A DNA stretch of 64,000 nucleotides from Pseudobutyrivibrio sp. (GTDB lineage: Bacteria > Bacillota > Clostridia > Lachnospirales > Lachnospiraceae). Below are positions 48,539 to 59,200 of this stretch, piece by piece; the stretch's first letter is position 1; each line of letters starts with the position of its first letter. Both the position numbers and the translations under genes were made by a program. Location: assembly GCA_024684955.1 (NCBI GenBank), contig JAIKWH010000023.1:12624-76623 (forward strand). Direction: 5' to 3'. The notes beneath the pieces were generated by a model. The model worked only from the letters and a program-made list of their open reading frames with translations. It made no database searches and was not told the DNA's origin.

Positions 48539-49018
48539 CTATAAACTCTTTATCATTACTAATACCTTAGAAGTCTTTTCACCCCATGTTAAAAAAGTCT
48601 CTTTCTGCCCAAGAAAACCCAGCGCTTCCCAAAATGGAATGACGTTAGTCTCATAATCGTTTACAACGTCAATGCGAATAGATTTTACCCCCTCATCGGC
48701 AAGCTTTCTTTCAAGATATAAGTATAAATTTGTCCCTATCCCAGCATGTTGCATTGATGAATCTAACATTAAGAGCGATAAATAAGCATCGTGTGACGGT
48801 AGAATCATATAGTCGAGTATACCTATAGGTTCATTGTCGACACATATTAGGTTTGAAGAAAAACCATGTTCCTCCATCTCCTTAACTTCATTAACTATAA
48901 AAGATTTGTCTACAAAAGTTTTGCCCAAATGATGTAAAAGGAATTCCTTGTTAGAATTATAGACTTTTAATGCTTGCTCATAATTAGAAATATTAATCTT
49001 TTTTTCAGTAAATAACAT
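48539..49018 (-). CDS. GNAT-family N-acetyltransferase
   Basis: LSLLML...QHAGIGT motif A, PFWEALGF motif B; start MLFTE behind a GGAGG RBS. Confidence 0.85.
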   Translation of the reverse strand: MLFTEKKINISNYEQALKVYNSNKEFLLHHLGKTFVDKSFIVNEVKEMEEHGFSSNLICVDNEPIGILDYMILPSHDAYLSLLMLDSSMQHAGIGTNLYLYLERKLADEGVKSIRIDVVNDYETNVIPFWEALGFLGQKETFLTWGEKTSKVLVMIKSL

Positions 49019-49119
49019 GTTGCCTCCAATTAAACAGCTCCTTTTACATGAAATAATACAATATGCCATTAGATATTCCAATTGGTTGTTGGCTTAATTT
49101 TAATTGAAATATATAGTCT

Positions 49120-49203
49120 AAAAAGGATGTAGCCATTCTGACCACATCCATCATAAATCTAAATTATCATAGAAGTTCCATATTTACAGAAAAAAATTCA
49201 AAG
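49120..49203 (-). repeat. 84-bp dispersed element, copy A (promoter-like segment plus terminator-like hairpin)
   Basis: 76/84 identical to the reverse complement of 62079-62162, with an identical 44-bp core. Confidence 0.9.
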
Positions 49204-49230
49204 TCTCATTAATTCATTGCTAATTTATAG

Positions 49231-49263
49231 AAATCCCTTTGGATTATTATCCAAAGGGATTTT
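49231..49263 (-). terminator. Terminator after the TIR gene
   Basis: AAATCCCTTTGGAT/ATCCAAAGGGATTT stem. Confidence 0.85.
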
Positions 49264-49277
49264 ATCTACAACCTATC

Positions 49278-52262
49278 CTACAATCTATACTTCATTCTTT
49301 CCTCGTTAGTGAGGACCTTATCTCCGAATCTTTCTTTTTCTTCCTGTAAAAGATCCTGGAGGTTTTTCTTTTTAAAGGTATAGACTGCGCTATTTTTTAT
49401 ACTAATGACTCTTTCCTTTCCAGGGATGTAGAGTTGTCCGTACTCAGCTCTGCCTAGGACTCCATTTGTACCTAAATCAAAGAAATACATCTGGAAGGAG
49501 TTGTAAAAGCAGATTTGATTGTTGGCTTCATCATATATTACGTCGCTCAGGTCATTCAGTTGAACATCAGATATAAATGAAAACGCCTTTATGTCTCTAT
49601 CATATATTCTAAAATAGAGGTCTGTGCCCTGGAGATAAACTTTTGTATCGTCGGCAGAAAATTTTATCAAACTGTTTGAGTTTCCAAAGAATGGCAATTC
49701 ATCTGTAATCTCAAATGTGGCGGTATCCACCAGTCTTAACACGCCGTCGGTACAAACTACAGCTATAATGTTTCCATCATTGTTTGAAGAAATATTCAGC
49801 ACCTGGTAGTCTGCCAGAATAGGCTGGTCTTCTTCCGTTTCCACGTCGGACCTGTGGAGCTTGTTTTCTCCGTCAATATAGTAAACAGCATTGCCGTCGC
49901 CAGCCACTATAATGTTTGAGATTATGCCCTCTGTCTCGTTGATGGCTACATTCTTTTTAGTTTCAAAATTAAAGAGTGTGTATTCTCTACCGTTTTCCTG
50001 AACTAAATACTTTCCATTTTCAGAAATGTAACTGTCCGCATGCTGGCTCTCTTCTCCAACTCTAGCCTCAGTGACTTTCTTAGTCTTCAAATCGTAATAG
50101 GCTACGTGACGATTATTTTTTACTGCTGCAATTGTGGAATTATCAACATATAAAACCTGTCTATATGCCGCATCCTCTACCTCAAATGTGTCACGCAATT
50201 TTCCAGAATCTGTATCATAAATATAATATTCCACATTTTGCGACGAAGAATCAGCCTGGCCTGACAGCAGGTATGTGCTTTCATCTGGGCTGGCGATGGC
50301 TGTAAAATAGTAGCGGCTAGGCAAATCAGTAGTAGATATTACAGAATTGTCCTTGCTTTCCCTCATGATCCTTACTTCTGGAGATCTGTAACTCCTTATC
50401 ACTAAAACGCCATTTGAAATAGTATAATCAATGAGGCTTAAATCAGTATTGATAGCAAGGCTGGAATAATCTGTGTTTCTAATAGAACTATATCTGTTAA
50501 TTTTGCCGTCATAGGTTCCAACAAAAAACAGTTCATTGTCCAATCCGATTCTGATACGCTCAACATAACTGTCAAAAGACAGTTCTTTTATCAATTCTCC
50601 AGTGTCCAGGTCTAAAACTCTTACAGTTTTACATGCGGAAAAAATCACCTCATTATGGACTTCATCTCCCACATTAAAACTTCTGGTCCTAATTTGAGAA
50701 TAACTGGTATCCTGAATATTTGAATTGTATACATATTCATTGCTCCAGATAGTCTCGCCTGTCTCCAGACTATATTTCTCCACATACATAGGACAATCTG
50801 TAAAAGAGAGCAGGGCATCGTTATCTACCAGATTTGCTACTAGGCAATTATCTACTGAGAAATACATATCCAAAATACTATTAGCCTTAATTTGAATAGA
50901 TTTACTTTCTCTTTTTTCCATATCAACCACTGTTATATAAGGAATGTCCTCTTCATAAAGGGTAGAATGGGATAGGGCAATATATCTGCCATCTGGAGAT
51001 ACCACCATGTCACGAGAGAAAGAATTGGTTCCCTCATTTGCCACTGTTTCAAGCAAATCTCCACTACTAGCGTCCATTATGTAGGTCATGTTTCCGTTTG
51101 TGGCAATGACATATCTACCATAAAAATCTACATATCCAAAAGTAAAAGTAGATTCTGCGTCATACCTGTACAATTCTTTCCCTGTCTCGTCCAAGCCGCA
51201 AACATATTTGTCTGTTACCACAACAATAGTATCTCCGGCAAAGCCTTCAGAAAGGATGCTATTTACAAAACCTCCAGAGTATTCTGGAGTTATTTCAAAC
51301 AATTTTTTTCCAGAATCCAAATCCCAATAATACAGGTTGTCTGAGTTGTCATATGAAACCATTTTTGTTCCATCAGACTTAACCACAAAGTCCTCTACCG
51401 ACAAATTGTGATTCAATATCTTATCATTGCTAAAGTTAAATCCAATGTCATAGGAGCCCAAAGCAGCAGAAAGGGCATTCATAGAATCAGCCACAAAAGG
51501 CCTATCCACTCCCTCTCTTGGCAATCCCTCCAGAGCCACTACGGCTGCAGTTGCTCTATCGCCATTCTCCAGAATATCCAAAGAAGTGGCTGCCAAAACC
51601 TTGGATTCATTTCTTAATTTGTCCTGATAGTTTTGATTAATCTGATTCAGGTTGTATGCTGTGTAAACACCAAAAGCTAATGCTACAACTGCAACACCAG
51701 TCGCAATGGCAAAATTTCTCCTAAGGGCGCGCTCTCTATGTCTCTGCTTCAAATCATCATAATCTACATGCAAAATAGACGCCGCAAGACGCAAGGTCTC
51801 ACTCTTTATTTTCTTATTTCTCTCTTTATTGCTAGTAGCGCGGACATCTGCTGCCAGTGGCTCCACAGGATTGCCATTTTCATCCTTTAGCAACTGTGGT
51901 GGGAATGAATCCTCAGGCTCTCCCTCCACCAATACAGCCAGGACATTCTGCCTGCCATGCATAGAAATGAAGGTATCAATCTCCTTCATGACCCAGTATG
52001 ATTCCTTGGTTTGAGGGGAACATATTACAACCAGAAAATCCGACTCAGAAAGAGCATAATCAATATTGCTGCCCAGGTCTGACCCTATAGGCAACTCCTC
52101 TTGATCTCTAAATACTCTGTTGATTCTCTTTCTTCCAGTTTCCTCCTGGATTTTTTTAGGAATCTTGACTGTCTCAAGTTCCTTGTGCACTCTTTTTGCT
52201 ACGTACATGTCTGTAGGCAGATGTCTGTAGCTTATAAATGCATCGTACTTCATTCCTTCCAT
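49278..52262 (-). CDS. TIR-domain protein with one TM helix and a large beta-propeller (WD40/PQQ-like) region
   Basis: YDAFISYRH, VFRDQEEL, SDFLVVICSP...SYWVMKEIDTF; TM FAIATGVAVVALAFGVY; repeated propeller blades (YWDLDSGK, VSPDGRYIAL, LDLDTGE, FSADDTKVY). Confidence 0.88.
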   Translation of the reverse strand: MEGMKYDAFISYRHLPTDMYVAKRVHKELETVKIPKKIQEETGRKRINRVFRDQEELPIGSDLGSNIDYALSESDFLVVICSPQTKESYWVMKEIDTFISMHGRQNVLAVLVEGEPEDSFPPQLLKDENGNPVEPLAADVRATSNKERNKKIKSETLRLAASILHVDYDDLKQRHRERALRRNFAIATGVAVVALAFGVYTAYNLNQINQNYQDKLRNESKVLAATSLDILENGDRATAAVVALEGLPREGVDRPFVADSMNALSAALGSYDIGFNFSNDKILNHNLSVEDFVVKSDGTKMVSYDNSDNLYYWDLDSGKKLFEITPEYSGGFVNSILSEGFAGDTIVVVTDKYVCGLDETGKELYRYDAESTFTFGYVDFYGRYVIATNGNMTYIMDASSGDLLETVANEGTNSFSRDMVVSPDGRYIALSHSTLYEEDIPYITVVDMEKRESKSIQIKANSILDMYFSVDNCLVANLVDNDALLSFTDCPMYVEKYSLETGETIWSNEYVYNSNIQDTSYSQIRTRSFNVGDEVHNEVIFSACKTVRVLDLDTGELIKELSFDSYVERIRIGLDNELFFVGTYDGKINRYSSIRNTDYSSLAINTDLSLIDYTISNGVLVIRSYRSPEVRIMRESKDNSVISTTDLPSRYYFTAIASPDESTYLLSGQADSSSQNVEYYIYDTDSGKLRDTFEVEDAAYRQVLYVDNSTIAAVKNNRHVAYYDLKTKKVTEARVGEESQHADSYISENGKYLVQENGREYTLFNFETKKNVAINETEGIISNIIVAGDGNAVYYIDGENKLHRSDVETEEDQPILADYQVLNISSNNDGNIIAVVCTDGVLRLVDTATFEITDELPFFGNSNSLIKFSADDTKVYLQGTDLYFRIYDRDIKAFSFISDVQLNDLSDVIYDEANNQICFYNSFQMYFFDLGTNGVLGRAEYGQLYIPGKERVISIKNSAVYTFKKKNLQDLLQEEKERFGDKVLTNEERMKYRL

Positions 52263-52308
52263 AACTTGTCTCCAAAAATAATAATTTCATATATTAAAAA
52301 CCTGTCCG

Positions 52309-53151
52309 CTAAACAGATTTAATATGATTTCCAACGATTTCTGACACCTCTGAAATGGTAGTAAAGGTGCTGCCCGGGAATTCTGTAAGAATTCTCTTGA
52401 GTTCATGTATTTCTGCTCTAGTGACAACTACATAGATGATATCTTTAGAATTATTTGAAATCAGTCCTTCACCTCTCATAAAGGTAACAGTTCTGCCCAA
52501 TTCCCTGTTAATCCTATCGGCCAAATTCCTGCCGTCATCTGTAATTATCATTACAGACTTGGCACTTTCAAATCCAATTTCAACAATGTCTATTACCTTT
52601 GATGATATGAAATACATCAAAAGGGAATACATACCCCTGTCCAAGTCAAAAACAATGCCTGCCACAGCAAAGATAAAAACATTGAAAAGGAGAATAATCT
52701 GACCTGTAGAAACAGATAAGTTTCTATTTAAAAATACTGCAATAACCTCTGTGCCATCCAAGCAGCCTCCGGCTCTTAACACAAGGCCTACACCTACGCC
52801 AAGGAGCATTCCCCCATAGGTGATTGCAAGAATAATCTGGTCGGTAGCATTCTCAATAGGCTCAAAGACTCCTGTAAAAATCGAGAATAGGGCTATGGCA
52901 TAAACTATTCTTGCCACATATGAGATTCCAAGTCTTTTGTAAGCCAAAAAAATAAAGGGAATATTTATGATGAAAATCAGAAGTCCCAGATGAATTGGCA
53001 CGAAATGGGCAACAATCATACTTATACCAGTTACGCCACCGTCAAAAATTTTGTTAGGAACCAAAAATTCCTCAATGGCAAAAGCTGCAATAATTGCACC
53101 AGCAGTAAGTTCAAGAATTGATATGAATATTTGCTTGTTCTTCTGATTCAT
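52309..53151 (-). CDS. YitT-family membrane protein (DUF161/DUF2179)
   Basis: DGGVTGIS, INIPF, GGCLDGTEVIA, GRTVTFMRGEG, VVTRAEI. Confidence 0.9.
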   Translation of the reverse strand: MNQKNKQIFISILELTAGAIIAAFAIEEFLVPNKIFDGGVTGISMIVAHFVPIHLGLLIFIINIPFIFLAYKRLGISYVARIVYAIALFSIFTGVFEPIENATDQIILAITYGGMLLGVGVGLVLRAGGCLDGTEVIAVFLNRNLSVSTGQIILLFNVFIFAVAGIVFDLDRGMYSLLMYFISSKVIDIVEIGFESAKSVMIITDDGRNLADRINRELGRTVTFMRGEGLISNNSKDIIYVVVTRAEIHELKRILTEFPGSTFTTISEVSEIVGNHIKSV

Positions 53152-53233
53152 AAGCTCCCCTTAAAACAATATATTCTCTATGGTACTATTTTTTCTCATT
53201 AAGTTCCAGCATTTAAATCTCTCTTTCTTGCCT

Positions 53234-53266
53234 AAAAAAAGGGACTGCAATTTCTCGCAGTCCCTT
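53234..53266 (-). terminator. Terminator after the GH43 gene
   Basis: AAGGGACTGC/GCAGTCCCTT with a T-run on the minus strand. Confidence 0.85.
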
Positions 53267-53283
53267 AAAATCACCTAAACAAT

Positions 53284-56200
53284 TTACTTGCTCACTTTTA
53301 CAGTTATAGTCTTTGTGACATTTCCGACTCTCACTGTTACCTTTGAACTCTTGCCAGATTTAAGTCCTGTAATCTTTCCATATCTATCAACACTTACATT
53401 TCTGTTGCTAGATCTGAGAGATACATTACCTGAATCTGTACATCCATAAGGGAGGCTGGCTGTAATTTTGCATGAATCATTTTTCTTTAACTCAATTACA
53501 AATCCTTCCTCTGTCTCCTCCATTTCCTGTCCGTTAGCCAAGAGAACTAGGTCCTCTGCCTTTAGAGGGTTGGTTACTACCACTCTGGTCAGGCCAGAAG
53601 CCTTGAAAGGTATTCCAAATATTCCTCTAGCCCTTACAGTCCAAAGCACATAGTGTACTCCAGTCTCCTCACCAGCGGTGATCTGATAGTATCCAGGTCT
53701 GCCCCCTGCAGTAGTGGATGCAATGTCTCCATCGCAATCTGTAAATGTCACCTTGCCGCCTGTAGCAAGCAATCCTCCTCTTACTCTGACACTAGCAGTC
53801 TCCCCTGCTGCAATTTCTACAGTGTCAGGAGCATCTACATAGGTCAAGAAATCAGAATAGGTCCGTACATTCTTAGAATCTATGGTCACATTCTTTTCTA
53901 CAGTAACTGTAAATTCTCTGATGATTTCTCCATCAAGGCTAGCTGTAATAGTAACAGGTTTGCTTGTTGCCCTAAGGGCCTTTACCAGTCCCTTTTCTAC
54001 TGATACATATCTGCTTCTGCTAGAAGACCACTTGATTTGTGGGTTTACCTCTAGAGAATTCATAGGATAGATTCTTCTGATCTCACCCTCTTGCATAGCA
54101 AATTCCTGCTCAGTGGTGATATCTATTGCTGGCTCCTCAGGCTCTACAGGCTCAGGGTTAGGGCTTGTAGCCTCCTCCAGATTTGCAATCTCAATGTAGT
54201 CTAGGGCTGCCTCTGCCTTGTTTCCTACCCCTGATACGAGAATTGTGTTAGCGCCTTCTATAAGGTCAACATCCAATTCATATCCAAACCAGTTGTCTAC
54301 GCAAAGCTGGTTTCCTGCTGCAGCATTAAAGTTGTATACTGCCTTCTCAAAAGTCTCATCATTAACCTGCACCAAAAGGGCTGCATCATTATTTCCTGTT
54401 GATGCACCCAGGTATAATCTGTATTTTCCAGATGCTGGTGCCTCTACAGTAAATTCTGCCTTTGTATTCTTGTCTACCAGTTTGTATAGGCAGGCATTGT
54501 TTGAAGAATTGTATGTGGTAGTAGGGCTAACTCCTGTAAGGATTGCGTCCTCAGCCTCGTACCTGTCATAGTCTGTCTGCTTTGTGCCAGTTGGTGCATT
54601 TACCAGGTCTGTAAATTCTGCTGAAGGTCCCATAAATGGGCTGCCGTCCTCGTTCCAATATGCCTGCTGGATTCTGACACCACGACCATTCCAGCCGCCA
54701 CCAGCAAATCTTGTAGCATGGAATACCAGGTAGTCCTCCTTGCCGTCTGGAGAACCAACAAAGCAAGCGTGACCTGTTGAGAATGTTGTGTTGTCATTCT
54801 TTTCAAATATTGGCTCTGCTGCCTTGCTCCAAGATGAAGCCTCCATTGGGTCTGCTCCGGCCCTCAGGGTCAGGCATCCCAGGCAATATGTGTCAGACCA
54901 AGATCCGCTGGCTGAGTATACAATGCTTGCTACTCCAGTTGGAGAAACTGCAATCTGAGGTCCCTCATTGATTGTAGGTCTCTCGTTTATTTCCCAGGCG
55001 TATTCTGGTCTTGAGAGTTCTACCCTGTCTCCAGAGATGGTCCAAGGGTTTTCCATCTTTGCGATGTAAAGTCTCTGCTCACCGTCAACAAAACCGTCCC
55101 AGCCTGACCAGATAGCATATAGGTTGCCGCCTACTTCAAGAACAGTCTGGTCAATTGCCCAGCGGTCTGTTGCTGGTGACATCTTGCCCATGAATGTATA
55201 TTCTCCTTGAGCATCCTCTGTCTTTGCCTCTAATGCGTACATCCTGTGGGCAGAACCTGCACCTGCTGTGTAGTATATGTACCACTTGCCCTGGATGAAA
55301 TGTAACTCTGGCGCCCAAAGTTCTGCTGATGGCTCATCGCCTGATGGCATGTAGACGCATACAGGTTCTACCTGTCCGATTCGATCTAATTCTGCAGACT
55401 TGGTAATGTAAATGCCCTTGTTGCTCCTGTCCATAAAGATGTAATAGTAATATCCATTCTGGTAGGTAACAAATGGGTCTGCTCCATAATTTACCAGATG
55501 TGATTCAAAAGAATCTGGTCCAACAAAACGGATGGTGTAAGACTTCATATAATTTAAGTCTTTTGTGCATGTCAGTTTTACATAGGCCTCAGGTCTATCC
55601 TTGCTGCCTTGCACTATCTGTGCAACAAAACTCTTGTCTGTTCCCTCTGCATATTCTACAGAAATCTCTGGAAGAGCATCCAGGTCGTCAACCCTTACCT
55701 GGCATATTTCCTTTGCTGCATCAAAATTCTCCATAGGCTGTCCATCTGCATAGAGGCTAAATTCTGGCTCCTCCAGCAAGTGGAGCATGATGTAGTCCAA
55801 CTCTGAGAAACTGTTGTCTCTGCCTGAGTGAGAGAATGTAATTGTATTCTCACCCTCATTTAATGCAACCTCTATTCTGTAGAGGGACCATACATCCCAG
55901 TTGCTTGACTTGTCATAGTTGATAATCTGTGCATTTGCCTCGTCCCCATTTATCCAATATCTGTGAGAAGAATTAGGGAAGGCATTTCTGTCTCCATCTG
56001 CTGCAACATCGATTGCATAGGTACCTGCTTCAGGCACATTTAATTTGAGTGTAACTGTGGAATCCATATCATCTATGTATCCAACTTTTACACCGCCAGA
56101 CGCCGCTCCATTTGTAGCTGTTCTCGCCTTGCCAGTCAGGACTCCTGTCTCTGCCTCAATCTTTTCAGCAACAGAGGTCATCTCCTTTGCATTTAATTCT

Positions 56201-59200
56201 TCCTTGGTGAGAACCCTGTTATAAATTTTTAGGTTGTCAATGTAACCTGTGTAATAGTTGGAACCAGCCACGCTTTGACCTAAAGAAAGTGCAAGCTGAC
56301 TTCCAAGTTCTGAAATATTTCTAACCTTCTGACTGCCAATGCAAATTCCATTTACATACAGAGTCAAAATGTGATCATGTAAAGTTACATCCAGGTGGAT
56401 GTTAGAATCTCTTGTGCCAGGATATCCTGTTGAAACTCCCAGTCCCTTGTTTGCTCCCCTTGCACTTACATAAGCCCTGAGACTGTCAGAGCCTACAGCA
56501 ACCTGAGCAAAATGGCTGGCATCACCAGCCAGGGTAAGGGCTGACATAAAGCCTGCTGCAGAGCCTGGGGTCAGGTCCATGCTGATGGACATATTCTCGG
56601 CTCCATCAAAAAGTCCCTGCGCAAAACTTGCAACTGCCCCCTTCTTGCCATCCAGATAAAGGGCCTTATTATCCTCAGAGGTCTTCTTTACCTCTGCTCC
56701 CTCTGACAGGCTCAGTTTGTATTCCTGTCCGGCCTCTGGAATAATTTCATCCCCTGCAGCCTTTTCAAAATCAAAGGCAACAATAGGATCTTCCTCCTGA
56801 TCTAGGGATGCAAATTTTCCTGCTGCCACTCCATACTCAGCCACTAGAGCATCATACTCTTTGGCTGTCAATGGGATAATAACACCATGCTTGCAACCTT
56901 CTGTCATAACATAATCCTGCTCATCAAGGGCGCGGATTGAGTTAGGCTCTGCTGGGTCTGATGTTACAAATGGAATGTATCCCCTGGTCTGTCCGCCGTA
57001 CTCGTCCAGCATTACGCACCACTGGTCTCTGTCATTAAATTTGAACATTGTGCCGCCTTCATAGTTGCCTCTGAAGGTTTCAAGACAAGAGTCGGCTGTA
57101 TTTTCAACGTATGTGTAGTTGCCTCCCACCATATTAAAGGTCAAGTCACCTACTTTTACTGTAGACACGTCATCACCGTAGGCTCTCAGATAATCTGTTG
57201 CCATATCCAGGCGCACATGCATATCGCTTTCAATCTTTGTCAGGCGATAATACTGTCCATCCTCTCCAGCAAGAATTGAGGTGTCAATGTTGCTGCCAAA
57301 ATTGTTGAATAGTTCTGGCTCTGAGAATGTGTAGAAATCACGAGTTCTCGATACAAAGGTGTACTGTCTGCTATAATTGTCTGCTGCAATTTTGCTTGCC
57401 CAGTAAACCAGATATTCTCCAGTATTCTCGTCATAGATTGCCTCTGGCGCCCAGGCGCATCCGCCACCAATGGAGCCAGCCACATCTACGCATCTCTCAT
57501 TTGTCCAGTGAATCAAATCGGTTGATTCAAATATGGTAAGGCAGGTGCTGCCCTGGGTGGAAAGTTTGTCCCATGCCACTGCATCCCCATATTTGTATAT
57601 GTCTTGGTCTGTTGCCAAAAGGAAGAATCGGTCTCCCTCTGCAGACCTGATAATGTAAGGATCTCTGGTGGCCTTGTCCCCAACAGAGGATTTGAGAACT
57701 GCCTCATTATTGTTTAGGGCAGTCCAGTTTAATCCGTCCTTTGAGATGCCGTAGAAAATATCCTGATTTCCCTTTACTCCCGGGAATTCTCTAAAGTGAG
57801 CATACAGGTATCCTACATAGTCATCCTCATCTTTTAGGGCCTTTGCCACGGTTACTTTAATCTTTCTAGATACAGAAACATTCTCGTATGTGCCTGTAAC
57901 AGTCAATGTAACCTTGGTGTCCTTTCTCTGACGATTTACTACACCAGCTGGGATGTCATAGTAATCATCCTGTGGAACTGCCTTGTCAGAAATAACAAGT
58001 GGCTTGTTTGACTTCCATTTCAAAACCACCTCATCCAATTCCTCTGGCAAGTAGATATTGCCCTTGATAGAATCCGCTGATGGAATTTGGATTGAATCTA
58101 AGACCTGGTTGATTTTCTTTTCCACCAGTTTGTTTCCAATGATTATATGTGCCTTTACAACAAGGGATTTGTTTCCCAGGTTTTTGATATCATCCCCCAG
58201 GACAATTCTTCCCTCTACATCTGCCTCATCATCAGAATTCTTTACATTCTTTGCATTCCATGTTACCTCTGCGGTCTTGTCGCCCTTAGAAGTCTTTACT
58301 GTAATTGATGCAGGAAGAGCTGCCTCGATCTCGGCAGCACTGGCATTGTCTGCCACCTTTACCTCTGGCAACTGGCCTGCCTCTATAAAGTTGGCTACGT
58401 CAACTGCTCCTGAAGGCAGAGACTGGGCTGTGATTGTTGGGCCTTTTGCCTCTAGGATTACATTGCCATCTGCATCCTTTGTAAAATGAATTCTGTCGAT
58501 GCAAAGCCTTCTTGGCTCTGTCTGGCTCAAGTTGTTGTGGCAATGGTAAACCATAAACATCTCGCTGCCATCTGGAGAATAGGTAATGCAGTGGTGGCCT
58601 GTGCCGTGTACAGTTGAATTTGATTTCATAATTGGGTTGCCTTCATATTTTTTGAAGTTGCCCAAAGGTGAATCGGAAACTGCAAAGGCTGAGCCATAGT
58701 TAATGCTCTGGAAATGAGCACCGGAATAGGTCAGGTAATATTTGCCCTCATATGTGAGCATGAATGGGCCCTCGTTGATGTTGCCCATATCCTGGTCCCA
58801 ACCCTGGTTGGCATTTACAATCTGGGTCAGAGTGTCCTTCTTGATTGACATCATGTCATCGCTTAACTCAGCGCCCCAAATTACATTTCCCCCGGTGAAA
58901 CGCACATAGTAAATGTAGTATTTGTCAGATGCACTATCATAGAAAATGTGAGCATCAATATTTTTCTCCGATGCATCCATTGGCTCCTTTACCTCTTGGG
59001 TGAAAGGTCCAAGTGGAGAATCTGAAGTTGCCACGCAAATCTGCTCGTTGGCAACATAGTACATGTAGTAGCTGTCATCCTTTTTGATAAGGTCTGGCGC
59101 CCAAAAATCTCCGGTTCCCCAACCATCATTCTTTGCAAAAGCAAGACCTTGGTCTGTCCAATGCACCAGGTCAGTAGATGTATAAACCTTTATTCCCTTG

